IMG/VR virus record: IMGVR_UViG_3300032285_004054
Span: 1-64,000 of that record
Length of the DNA stretch: 64,000 nt
Strand: one strand, 5' to 3'
Notes under the pieces: model-generated
Told to the model about the DNA's origin: nothing
Seen by the model: the letters and a program-made list of their open reading frames with translations, nothing else
Database searches by the model: none
In this document: positions 8,781 through 17,168 of the stretch, in pieces
Position numbering within the stretch: the first letter of the stretch is position 1
Layout: every line of letters starts with the position of its first letter
Program-made: the position numbers and the translations under genes

Positions 8781-9142
8781 ATAACGTCAAGTAGTCCTCC
8801 AAATGAATCTTTAGTTTTCTTAGACAGATGTTTCTCTATTTTATATTTTTCAATAGCTTTGTCAATTTGAGAGGATAATTCATCCAATGCACCAATATAA
8901 CCATCACCCTCATCTTTCATTCCTAAAACGTTTCTCCATTCTCCGTTTTGATATTTTGAATCAGTAGTCCAAGGCCATTCTCTAGTTTTGTTCCAAGTCA
9001 TCTTCAATCCATCAACTACAATATCGACAAGCATATCATCGGAGTAAGCCTGATTAGGTGAGTCTTCGTTGTAGTAGACATCACTCTTAATTTGTATATC
9101 GTACACTCTTTCTTTTGATTCAAAGAATTTCTTAAATGACAT
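8777..9142 (-). CDS. C-terminal-tag family protein 2 with capsid-targeting-like leader
   Basis: Starts MSFKKFFESK; ends LSKKTKDSFGGLLDVI. Confidence 0.8.
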   Translation of the reverse strand: MSFKKFFESKERVYDIQIKSDVYYNEDSPNQAYSDDMLVDIVVDGLKMTWNKTREWPWTTDSKYQNGEWRNVLGMKDEGDGYIGALDELSSQIDKAIEKYKIEKHLSKKTKDSFGGLLDVI

Positions 9143-9572
9143 CGATTAAACCTCCAAATGAATTTCTTGTATCTTTTGAGAGTGTTCTCTTTAGGTATTC
9201 ACTCTCTGGTTCTATTTTATAATCTTCATCTACTAACCCGTTCATTAAGTCTCTGTACTCTTCAGGAGCTACAAAGCGGGTAATCATATTCATAAATGTA
9301 GTGCTATCGCTTTTGCTGTCAAGCTTTATTTTTATAATCATTTTTCCATTGCCTATCTCATCCATGTCTATATTATTCACAACATCAATTCCTTTGATAT
9401 TATTACCGTAACCCTCCGGACCAGATCTAACAATATACTCAAAACGCTCAAATATATCTAGATTTGTTTTCTTTTGCCTCTCAGCTTCTTCTTCATTGAT
9501 ATACAATGTAACATAAACAACAGAGTCTAAAGACTCCGTCAGTAGAAGTTTCAATGCATGATCAAGATTCAT
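9132..9572 (-). CDS. C-terminal-tag family protein 1
   Basis: Starts MNLDHALKLLLTES; ends LSKDTRNSFGGLIDVI. Confidence 0.8.
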   Translation of the reverse strand: MNLDHALKLLLTESLDSVVYVTLYINEEEAERQKKTNLDIFERFEYIVRSGPEGYGNNIKGIDVVNNIDMDEIGNGKMIIKIKLDSKSDSTTFMNMITRFVAPEEYRDLMNGLVDEDYKIEPESEYLKRTLSKDTRNSFGGLIDVI

Positions 9573-9576
9573 ACAT

Positions 9577-9582
9577 TATTTA
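9577..9582 (-). promoter_or_regulatory. T4-type late promoter core (TAAATA) for the tag operon
   Basis: TAAATAATGTATG, identical 13-mer to the one at 39931-39943. Confidence 0.7.
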
Positions 9583-9583
9583 A

Positions 9584-9612
9584 TTGCTTTTGCAGACGTT
9601 CCAATATACTAT
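9584..9612 (+). promoter_or_regulatory. sigma70-type early promoter
   Basis: TTGCTT-17nt-TACTAT-6nt-ATG. Confidence 0.75.
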
Positions 9613-9618
9613 AGTGTC

Positions 9619-10473
9619 ATGTCAAAACTTTTAATCATAGGAGATGTCCATAATCATTGGGTACATGCTCAATCGATTATTGATAAGTACAAGGATACCC
9701 ATAAGATTATCCTGATCGGAGACTACTTCGATAACTTTGGTGATACAGCTTTAGATGCTAAGCAAACAGCTACCTGGCTTAAGGAAACTATTCATACTGA
9801 TAACGTTATTGCTCTTATGGGTAACCACGATATCCATTATTCTCCCTACAGTACAGTAAAGAGTAGAACAAATACTCATCAGCTTTATAGTTGTTCAGGA
9901 TATTCTCCTGCGAAGGATGATATCATTTCGACTGTACTTACTGATGAGGATTGGAGGAGGATTAAGATCTATCATTACGAGAATGGATGGCTTTTTAGTC
10001 ACGGGGGGTTTCATCCATTCTGGATTGAGCATCCTATACTTGGTACAAAGATTGAACATATCCAATCTCTGATGGAGAAGGCCCAGCACGAGCTTGAAGA
10101 TAAAACGTTTTCTGCTATTCTAGGTACTGCCGGACGCTGTCGTGGTGGGTCGGCTCGTGCAGGAGGTATCTTGTGGATGGATCATCAACAAGAAGCTATC
10201 CCTATGAGAGATATTAAGCAGGTATATGGACATACACCTGTACGTAAAGGTATTGATATCTACGAAGATAACGGAGGTATTAACATCGACGTTGACTGTG
10301 GCCTTGAAGAAGTGCTTGAAATCAACGAAGATGGTTCCTATAACATAATCAAAACCAGCTTTGATAATTTTTATAATGAATCAGAAAGGAAGCTTCGAGA
10401 GGAGCAACAGAAAATTTTAAAACAGAAGTATTCTTCTCTCGGAGCTTACGATGACATTTATAAGAACATATAA
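9619..10473 (+). CDS. calcineurin-like metallophosphoesterase
   Basis: GDVHN, GDYFD, GNHD, SHGG, GHTP motifs. Confidence 0.9.
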   Translation: MSKLLIIGDVHNHWVHAQSIIDKYKDTHKIILIGDYFDNFGDTALDAKQTATWLKETIHTDNVIALMGNHDIHYSPYSTVKSRTNTHQLYSCSGYSPAKDDIISTVLTDEDWRRIKIYHYENGWLFSHGGFHPFWIEHPILGTKIEHIQSLMEKAQHELEDKTFSAILGTAGRCRGGSARAGGILWMDHQQEAIPMRDIKQVYGHTPVRKGIDIYEDNGGINIDVDCGLEEVLEINEDGSYNIIKTSFDNFYNESERKLREEQQKILKQKYSSLGAYDDIYKNI

Positions 10474-10844
10474 TGACTAACCACGAAAAGATAATTGAAC
10501 TGAATAAGATCTGGTACAGGCTTATTGCAGGAGACCATCACAAAGATAGAGACTGTCATTTCAGGATTAACACTCATTACTTTTATGGTGATCATGTTGA
10601 ATATGAAGTAGAACATCATGGTTACATTCTAAGGGATATTGATGTTGTAGAGTTCGGTACCCTAGAAGACGCTCAGAACTATCTTATTGAACAAGTTCTT
10701 AAGAAGGGAATCATAGAAGAAGCAACTTGGTACATAAATCTACCTAAGCCGGAAACTATGGGATGCCATGATGAACATCCAACCTATAGTAGAGATGAAC
10801 TGGAAGAGATTGTAACAAAAGTATTATCAATAACTAATCATTAA
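10473..10844 (+). CDS. hypothetical protein
   Basis: TAATG coupling to upstream gene. Confidence 0.7.
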   Translation: MTNHEKIIELNKIWYRLIAGDHHKDRDCHFRINTHYFYGDHVEYEVEHHGYILRDIDVVEFGTLEDAQNYLIEQVLKKGIIEEATWYINLPKPETMGCHDEHPTYSRDELEEIVTKVLSITNH

Positions 10845-10946
10845 ACGATATATTAGTACTAGAAGCTTCTTAAAGGAACTGCAAGCTGGAATTTATTTTA
10901 TTTTCCAATTGCGGTTCCATGCTATTGCCTTTATTATAATAGCATA

Positions 10947-11852
10947 ATGAACGTTGTAACTACATCTCAAACAGGATTCTGCAAAGTATCCGATATCAAG
11001 ATCCCGTCGATCTACAATCGACGCTTCAAGACTGGCAAGGAAGATCTCGACGCCGTCTTCGGTGGTCAGGGATTTCTCCCTGGTATGTCTTTTACAATGG
11101 CAGCCGGTCCAGGTACCGGTAAGACAACGATGCTGATTCAGATGCTCGAGCAGCTTGAGCGTACCGGTAAAAAAACCGCGTATGTTTCCGGTGAAGAGTC
11201 TATCCATCAGCTTGCTTTTACTTGTAAGCGTCTTGGAGTGACGAATGTATCAGTTGCGAATATGTCTGTTATCGAAGATGTATTCGATGCGATTAAGGAA
11301 GCAAAATGTGATATCGTTATTCTCGATTCACTTCCTGCTTTTACTACGCGAGAAAAACTGCGTGGTCGCCTGCTTGAGGAATACCTCAGTAACTATATTG
11401 TTACTAAGGCTAAAGAACTTGAAGTGGTTGTCGGTGTTATTCTCCACTTTACAAAAACCGGTACGTATAAAGGCTCTACTCTGCTTCCGCATTCGGTTGA
11501 TTGTAATATCATTATGTCGAAGTCGGAAGAAAACCCGAGTGTTCGAGAGATCGAGGTTACAAAAAACCGGTTCGGTGTTAGCGGGTTTAGTGCCTTTATG
11601 ATGACTGAGACCGGCTTTGACTTTCAGAAAGTAGAAGTCGAAGACGATGATAATGCACCGAAGAAAAAAGGTAAGATGGATCAGGCTCGAGATCAAGTAA
11701 TGGGTGTTATCAAAGCTGATGGATCTATTAATCTTCAGAAAGCATCTAACCTACTTGGATGCTCAGTTAAAGCTCAAACCATTCTTCGAGATCTGACACT
11801 GCAAGGTATCATCAAGAAGAACGGTCGTGGAACCGACGCAACTTGGAACTAA
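10947..11852 (+). CDS. RadA/Sms-like RecA-family ATPase
   Basis: TG..DLDAVFGG.G..PG, Walker A GPGTGKTT, YVSGEES, ILDS, HFTK.G, KNRFG; lacks RadA Zn finger and Lon-like domain. Confidence 0.85.
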   Translation: MNVVTTSQTGFCKVSDIKIPSIYNRRFKTGKEDLDAVFGGQGFLPGMSFTMAAGPGTGKTTMLIQMLEQLERTGKKTAYVSGEESIHQLAFTCKRLGVTNVSVANMSVIEDVFDAIKEAKCDIVILDSLPAFTTREKLRGRLLEEYLSNYIVTKAKELEVVVGVILHFTKTGTYKGSTLLPHSVDCNIIMSKSEENPSVREIEVTKNRFGVSGFSAFMMTETGFDFQKVEVEDDDNAPKKKGKMDQARDQVMGVIKADGSINLQKASNLLGCSVKAQTILRDLTLQGIIKKNGRGTDATWN

Positions 11853-11866
11853 AACAAATAAATACT

Positions 11867-12094
11867 ATGGACACAGTCATGACAGACCCAAAGAACAAAA
11901 AGGACACAACTAAGAAGCCTATCAAGCCTTATATCATTAAAAAGATAGAGGCTGTAGAGATACTAGATGAGTCAGGTGAAGTAAACGAGAGCACTATTGT
12001 AAAGCTAAAAGCTGATGATGGTATTATCTGGAACCTTTCTATTGGAGCTTCTTATAGACTTGTAAGAGATTTAAGAGATATACTTGACCTTTAA
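11867..12094 (+). CDS. hypothetical protein
   Basis: ATAAATAC before ATG 11867. Confidence 0.6.
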   Translation: MDTVMTDPKNKKDTTKKPIKPYIIKKIEAVEILDESGEVNESTIVKLKADDGIIWNLSIGASYRLVRDLRDILDL

Positions 12095-12118
12095 AAAAAA
12101 GCATCTATATTCTGAATT

Positions 12119-12526
12119 ATGTCAACGTTCAAAACAAACATCGATAGTATCATTAACAAAGTTCGTGCATGGGTCGCAGTAAATAACTGCCCTGAGCAAT
12201 TCATCTACGCCGATTACTACAACGGTAGTACAAACGACGCTGAGAATATCTTCATTGAGCTTAAGAAGCTTATCGAAGGAGATCATTTCCATCATCATGG
12301 ATACTTCCACGGACGTTTGAACTATCTTATCAGCGAAGGTATTGATGTATCTTCTATTCAAACAAAGGCTATTGAGAAGCTTGATAAGACCGAATCCAAG
12401 AAGTCAAAGACAAAGGTAGAGGTTGTAAAGAAGGATATCAAGAAGCCTAAGAAGGTTAAGAAGAAGGCTAAGGCTTATAAGCCTAAAAGGGACAAGCTAG
12501 GACGATTTGTTAAAGCTAGTCGCTGA
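12119..12526 (+). CDS. hypothetical protein with Lys-rich tail
   Basis: C-term KKPKKVKKKAK...KRDKLGRFVK; TTGACC promoter upstream. Confidence 0.75.
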   Translation: MSTFKTNIDSIINKVRAWVAVNNCPEQFIYADYYNGSTNDAENIFIELKKLIEGDHFHHHGYFHGRLNYLISEGIDVSSIQTKAIEKLDKTESKKSKTKVEVVKKDIKKPKKVKKKAKAYKPKRDKLGRFVKASR

Positions 12527-12909
12527 TGCAGAAGCTTTCTGATAGCAGAGCGAATCTTATCTTTCGGGATATACTTCGCTTAGTTAAAAGAAAGCCTCCA
12601 TCTTTCTTCCAGATTAGGAAGATGAGAGGTTACTCTGGTTGGTGCATCTGGGATGATACCCCTGGGGAAGACTTTATTGAACTCGATTACCGTGACAAGC
12701 TTATGTCTACAGCTATTCATGAATGTGTTCATTATCTCTTCCCTGAGTGGTGCGAGACACAGGTTGAGTACGCTGAACGTAGAATAATCAATACAGTTGA
12801 TACGTTTGTATTATCTAAGTTCATGAAAGAAGTTACTCTTAAGATATATCAAAGAGAGTTCGGAATTAAAAAAGCATTTGCTGCTAAGAGGAGAAAGAGA
12901 AAACTGTGA
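12526..12909 (+). CDS. putative zincin (HExxH) protein
   Basis: TAIHECVHY..P...E..V. Confidence 0.7.
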   Translation: MQKLSDSRANLIFRDILRLVKRKPPSFFQIRKMRGYSGWCIWDDTPGEDFIELDYRDKLMSTAIHECVHYLFPEWCETQVEYAERRIINTVDTFVLSKFMKEVTLKIYQREFGIKKAFAAKRRKRKL

Positions 12910-13067
12910 ATCATTTAGATCTTTTTAAACTCATAAACGAGCTTCCAGACGATATGTGTTTAAAAGATATACAAGAAATAGTTCAACAAAATCAAAAGAA
13001 GTTTCCAGACAAATTAACTTACAAAGAAGTTAAAGAACAAATAGAAAAATTTAAACAACCCAAATAA
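12906..13067 (+). CDS. small hypothetical protein (53 aa, GTG start)
   Basis: GTGA overlap; manual translation fills gap to 13069. Confidence 0.5.
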   Translation: MNHLDLFKLINELPDDMCLKDIQEIVQQNQKKFPDKLTYKEVKEQIEKFKQPK

Positions 13068-13068
13068 T

Positions 13069-13323
13069 ATGCCATATATTCATCAAGAAGATCGACCAAA
13101 GTTCACAGATATGTTCTGCGCTATACCTGAAATTAAGACAGCAGGTGAGCTAAACTATGCTATTACAATGATTTGTAAAGATTATATTGAAGATAACGGT
13201 ACTTGTTATCAGACATATAATGATATTATCGGTGCCTTAGAGGGCTGTAAACTTGAATTCTATCGTAGATTAGTAGGTCCCTACGAAGATAAAAAGGCTC
13301 TTATTAACGGAGACGTTTATTAA
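13069..13323 (+). CDS. conserved phage protein (DUF6899-like)
   Basis: MPYI...GELNY.IT......Y..YNDIIGALE..KLEFYRR...PYED.K...NGDVY. Confidence 0.75.
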   Translation: MPYIHQEDRPKFTDMFCAIPEIKTAGELNYAITMICKDYIEDNGTCYQTYNDIIGALEGCKLEFYRRLVGPYEDKKALINGDVY

Positions 13324-13325
13324 TC

Positions 13326-13358
13326 GATTTAGGTACCATAAATAATTGGTACCTAATC
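13326..13358 (+). promoter_or_regulatory. late promoter TAAATA in the loop of a hairpin abutting the start codon
   Basis: TTAGGTACCA-TAAATAAT-TGGTACCTAA-TC-ATG. Confidence 0.7.
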
Positions 13359-14855
13359 ATGTCTACAATATACGATTTAGCTAGTGTAGGATTCGCTCTT
13401 GATACAAGCTATCAATATAGTCTTAGCGGTTTTAATGTAACTCAGAACGATTTTTTAGTTATAAAGTTACGCAATGATCTCGGAATTTATAATAATTCCG
13501 TTATTTGGCCAGTAGCATCTAATGCGTCTTTGAGTAGCGCTTTTGGAGGCATCGCTCCTTTACAATCACTACCCACTTTACCTTTTTCAAGATCAACAAG
13601 TGCAACAAGAGTAAATTCAAACGGGTTAATTGAATATGTAAACCCAAATGTACCTAGAATTGATTACGACCCTGTAACTCTTCAAAGTAGAGGTCTTTTA
13701 ATAGAGAATACACGTACAAATTTATTTACACAATCTACAAACCCTATTACAGTATATAACGCTGGTGGTAGTTTAGGATCCGGAGGTACGTTATGTAACT
13801 GGGGGTATCTATTATCTGCAACAGGTGTTGCTAATTCAGGAATTGCGCCTGATGGTACCAACACAGCGTACTATATAGTACCTCTTTACGGGTACGGTAT
13901 TAAACGTTTTACAAAATCGTTTTCTTCAGGTATTCCGCAATTTCAAAATATTACATTCTCGGTTTTTGCAAAAGCAAGTGGTTATTCTTCCTTTGGTATA
14001 GGTTTTTCAGATACTGCTAACGGTAATTTCGTAGGTAGTGCTCGATTTAATGTCAATCCTTTAGCGTTATCGTGTTACCCGCCAACAGGCAGAATAACAA
14101 ATACAACAATACAACCTTATGCAAGTGGCTGGTACCGCGCATCGATAACACTATCAGGAACTAATCTTGCATTTACTCAAGTATATGTCAGCCTTCTTTC
14201 GTCTATGGGGGCTCTTTACGGTAGTGGTGGTACAGGAGGTACCGGTACAAATGGTGTTGACGGTATGTACTTCTGGGGACCTCAATTAGAAGTAATTCCT
14301 ACATCATATAGCAGTGATAATAGTTTATACCCTACATCATATATACCCACAGGTAGTACAACAGCAACACGTACATATGATATTGTAACACTTACAACAC
14401 AAAATAGTTTATCCTCGTTTTTAAATCAAGGAGCAGGTACCTGGGTTGCTGAGTTTACTACCCCTGGTACACCGCCTAGTGCATGTACAGTTATTGATTA
14501 TAATAGCGTAAACGGCACCATGATAAACCTTACTGGAGGGTTTGTTACAACTTATAATACCGATACAAGTATTAATTCAACTTTTAAACCTCTACCAGGT
14601 ATTGATAATATCAATAGAACTGCTTTTAGTTATACAACTGGTGGAAGCCTTAGTGGGAGAGCAATAGCAATTAACGGAAATGTATTATTCGATACTGCTG
14701 CTCCGTTTAATAATGTTGCAGTTACAGCAGTTAATATAGGTGGTAATAACGACGGGACAGGTAATATAAATGGCTGGTTAGGACAACTTGAATATTATAA
14801 TGTTTCTCTTCCTAACAGTATATTACAAACATTAACTCTACCTTCGGAGCTTTAA
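13359..14855 (+). CDS. virion spike/fibre protein with lectin-like (LamG-type) C-terminus
   Basis: FSRSTSATRVNSNGLIE..PRIDYDP...GLLIE.TRTNL, WGPQLE..PTSYIPT...ATR motifs. Confidence 0.8.
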   Translation: MSTIYDLASVGFALDTSYQYSLSGFNVTQNDFLVIKLRNDLGIYNNSVIWPVASNASLSSAFGGIAPLQSLPTLPFSRSTSATRVNSNGLIEYVNPNVPRIDYDPVTLQSRGLLIENTRTNLFTQSTNPITVYNAGGSLGSGGTLCNWGYLLSATGVANSGIAPDGTNTAYYIVPLYGYGIKRFTKSFSSGIPQFQNITFSVFAKASGYSSFGIGFSDTANGNFVGSARFNVNPLALSCYPPTGRITNTTIQPYASGWYRASITLSGTNLAFTQVYVSLLSSMGALYGSGGTGGTGTNGVDGMYFWGPQLEVIPTSYSSDNSLYPTSYIPTGSTTATRTYDIVTLTTQNSLSSFLNQGAGTWVAEFTTPGTPPSACTVIDYNSVNGTMINLTGGFVTTYNTDTSINSTFKPLPGIDNINRTAFSYTTGGSLSGRAIAINGNVLFDTAAPFNNVAVTAVNIGGNNDGTGNINGWLGQLEYYNVSLPNSILQTLTLPSEL

Positions 14856-14856
14856 T

Positions 14857-16203
14857 ATGGCAACACAAGCAGATCTTAATAATATTAGTAATGCTATTGA
14901 TTCTGCTTTTTCTACTGCTCTAGCAGGAGGTATACCTTACCCTATACAGCCCGTAACAGTAACAGTTACAGTTACACCTACAATGAATATTAATAGCCTT
15001 ATTATTGCAGGTGGTGGCGGAGGAGGTAAACAAGACGGTGGCGGAGGCGGTGCAGGCGGCGTATTAACAACATCGTTCTCTATATCGGCAGGTACTGTTA
15101 TTAATGTTAATGTTGGATTGGGAGGATCAGGCGCTACACCATCAACATCTGCAGTGAACGGTGGAGATAGTTTTATATATTATACATATAATACCTCTGT
15201 TACCAGCATAGCTTATGGCGGCGGCGGAGAGGGACTTACAGGAGGTTCAGGTGGAGGTCAAGCAGCTCTCGTTATTAACCCGACTATAGGGCTAGGTACT
15301 TTAACACAGGGATTTTCTGGCGGTCATAATTCTTTTAATACCGGTGGTGGTGGAGGAGGCGCAGGAGGTCCTGGATCAAGCTATTCAGGTTTCGGTCCTG
15401 GAGGTATAGGTATAATTAACCCTGTACCAGGATCTACTATCGGGCAACTATCAGCAGGTAATTATTGGATAGCTGGTGGAGGAGCTGGAGGAAATGGGTA
15501 TGCTACCGGTCCTGGAGGACTAGGAGGCGGTGGAGGGCTAAACGGCGGAGGAGCCTCTTCAGGTTTATCGTATACAGGTGGTGGCGGTGGTGGCGCAGGT
15601 GTATCGTCTTATGGCGGCCAAGGCGGCTCAGGAGCTGTTGTTATATCATATGTTTCCCCGAAACCGTTAAGCAGAGACGGTATTATTAAAAATAGCGGTA
15701 GTACATGGTCTCATGCCTTTACTTCTACAAACACATTTACACTTACATCTGTATATACTGAGACGCCTACTGATATTTTAAACTCCCATATTCAACATTG
15801 CGGTAACAATATTACTGATAATAAGAACCTTTTTAATTTTATTAAAGGCTGTTACGATTTAGGTATATGGTATAATATAGTTTGTTGGCCAATGAAGTTT
15901 GGCCAAAATAGTATTAACAGTAATACTATTTACAGTTTAGGAGGAATAAACGCATTAAGTTCAGTAAAAACACCTAATACGTTTTCAACACTGAGTGGTT
16001 TACTCTTTAATAATAGTCGATTATTATCAGTATCTTCTACATACCTAACAAATATAGTATTTGGTACAGGTAATACAACAACTGTACCGGTTGGAAGCAC
16101 CTGGAACGGATTAGTAACAGGTATACTTCAATACAATTCAGCAGTTAGTGTAACAAATGTCAGTGCGTTAACTAGTTTGTATGTAACAACTATAGGTAGA
16201 TAA
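14857..16203 (+). CDS. glycine-rich virion protein
   Basis: IIAGGGGGG..GGGGGAGG..GGSGAVVISY Gly-rich domain. Confidence 0.8.
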   Translation: MATQADLNNISNAIDSAFSTALAGGIPYPIQPVTVTVTVTPTMNINSLIIAGGGGGGKQDGGGGGAGGVLTTSFSISAGTVINVNVGLGGSGATPSTSAVNGGDSFIYYTYNTSVTSIAYGGGGEGLTGGSGGGQAALVINPTIGLGTLTQGFSGGHNSFNTGGGGGGAGGPGSSYSGFGPGGIGIINPVPGSTIGQLSAGNYWIAGGGAGGNGYATGPGGLGGGGGLNGGGASSGLSYTGGGGGGAGVSSYGGQGGSGAVVISYVSPKPLSRDGIIKNSGSTWSHAFTSTNTFTLTSVYTETPTDILNSHIQHCGNNITDNKNLFNFIKGCYDLGIWYNIVCWPMKFGQNSINSNTIYSLGGINALSSVKTPNTFSTLSGLLFNNSRLLSVSSTYLTNIVFGTGNTTTVPVGSTWNGLVTGILQYNSAVSVTNVSALTSLYVTTIGR

Positions 16204-16205
16204 AC

Positions 16206-16460
16206 TTAGTCGCAAACATTCTTACTAAAGTTCTTCATCACCGATCTTGCTCCGTTCGGTACATAGTACTTACGAGTCTCTTCAAAGAGATCAGCATTCA
16301 TAATCTGAATCTCACCAGCTGTCTTATGACCGTAAACCATGACCCCTTTACGAGGCTTAACTACATTATGCTTATGAGCACACGATGAGCAAAAGACTGT
16401 ACTAGGAAGTACTTCAAGTCTCTCTTGTTCAATATTATTACAGCAGATTTTACAGATCAT
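16206..16460 (-). CDS. TraR/DksA C4 zinc-finger protein
   Basis: CKIC...I..ERLEVLP.T.FCSSCA. Confidence 0.85.
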   Translation of the reverse strand: MICKICCNNIEQERLEVLPSTVFCSSCAHKHNVVKPRKGVMVYGHKTAGEIQIMNADLFEETRKYYVPNGARSVMKNFSKNVCD

Positions 16461-16737
16461 GGTTTTTAAGTGATTCTTTAAGCAGGTTGTTAATAACTTC
16501 GTTGATAGTAATATCTTTTTCTAGCGACTCAAGCACAAACATCTCAAGAACTTCTCGAGGATATTCAGAAACATCACCAAGATCTACAGAGACGTAAGGT
16601 TTAATAGAAATAGAACCATCTTCAAGAAGCTGACAGGAGAGCTTTTGATTAGGTTGCCACCCACATTCTGCTACCTCTTCATCGGTGAATTGAATATAGT
16701 GTTCAATTCGTTGCTGTATTGTTTTTTGCTTTTCCAT
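16450..16737 (-). CDS. hypothetical protein (possibly AbrB-like)
   Basis: YIQF.DE.....GW.P...L...L.EDGSI.IKP; promoter TTGAAT-17-TATAAT-6nt-ATG. Confidence 0.65.
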   Translation of the reverse strand: MEKQKTIQQRIEHYIQFTDEEVAECGWQPNQKLSCQLLEDGSISIKPYVSVDLGDVSEYPREVLEMFVLESLEKDITINEVINNLLKESLKNHDL

Positions 16738-16779
16738 GCCAGTATTATAAATACATAATACTCCCTATTCAATAAAAAA

Positions 16780-16965
16780 ATGAAAACATTGCTCGCTATT
16801 ATATTTGCTCTGTTATTGACAGGGTGTGTTGTTGACGGTTGTTATACGCCAGTATATACATATCCGTATTATTCTTCTTATTATTACCCTTACTATTCTT
16901 ATCCGTCATATTACTACTACCCTTATAGTTATTATTACGGAGGGTATACTAGATACTGGTACTAA
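16780..16965 (+). CDS. Tyr-rich lipoprotein
   Basis: Signal peptide with lipobox LTGC; 22 Tyr; TATAAATA at 16746-16753. Confidence 0.75.
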   Translation: MKTLLAIIFALLLTGCVVDGCYTPVYTYPYYSSYYYPYYSYPSYYYYPYSYYYGGYTRYWY

Positions 16966-16966
16966 T

Positions 16967-17167
16967 ATGGCTATAGCGTTATCTGGTAATCGAAGCGAGT
17001 TTGATCTTTTTTGTCAATCTCTCTCTATACTTGCTGATGATTTGTTCGAAGAGTATGAAAACTCTAATACCGAACGAGAAGAGGAAATAGCTTTAGCACG
17101 TATCGATGTCTTAGAGACAATAATTGACGAGATGGAATACTATCTTCAGCCTAAGAAGAGAAAATAG
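16967..17167 (+). CDS. small acidic hypothetical protein
   Basis: Start MAIALSG immediately after the lipoprotein. Confidence 0.65.
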   Translation: MAIALSGNRSEFDLFCQSLSILADDLFEEYENSNTEREEEIALARIDVLETIIDEMEYYLQPKKRK

Positions 17168-17168
17168 T

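Noticed and set aside
11867-12094. C-terminus LVRDLRDILDL (and DLGTTLDTY at 1274) as extra tag members
   Set aside because: They lack the [ST]xxTxxxF core.
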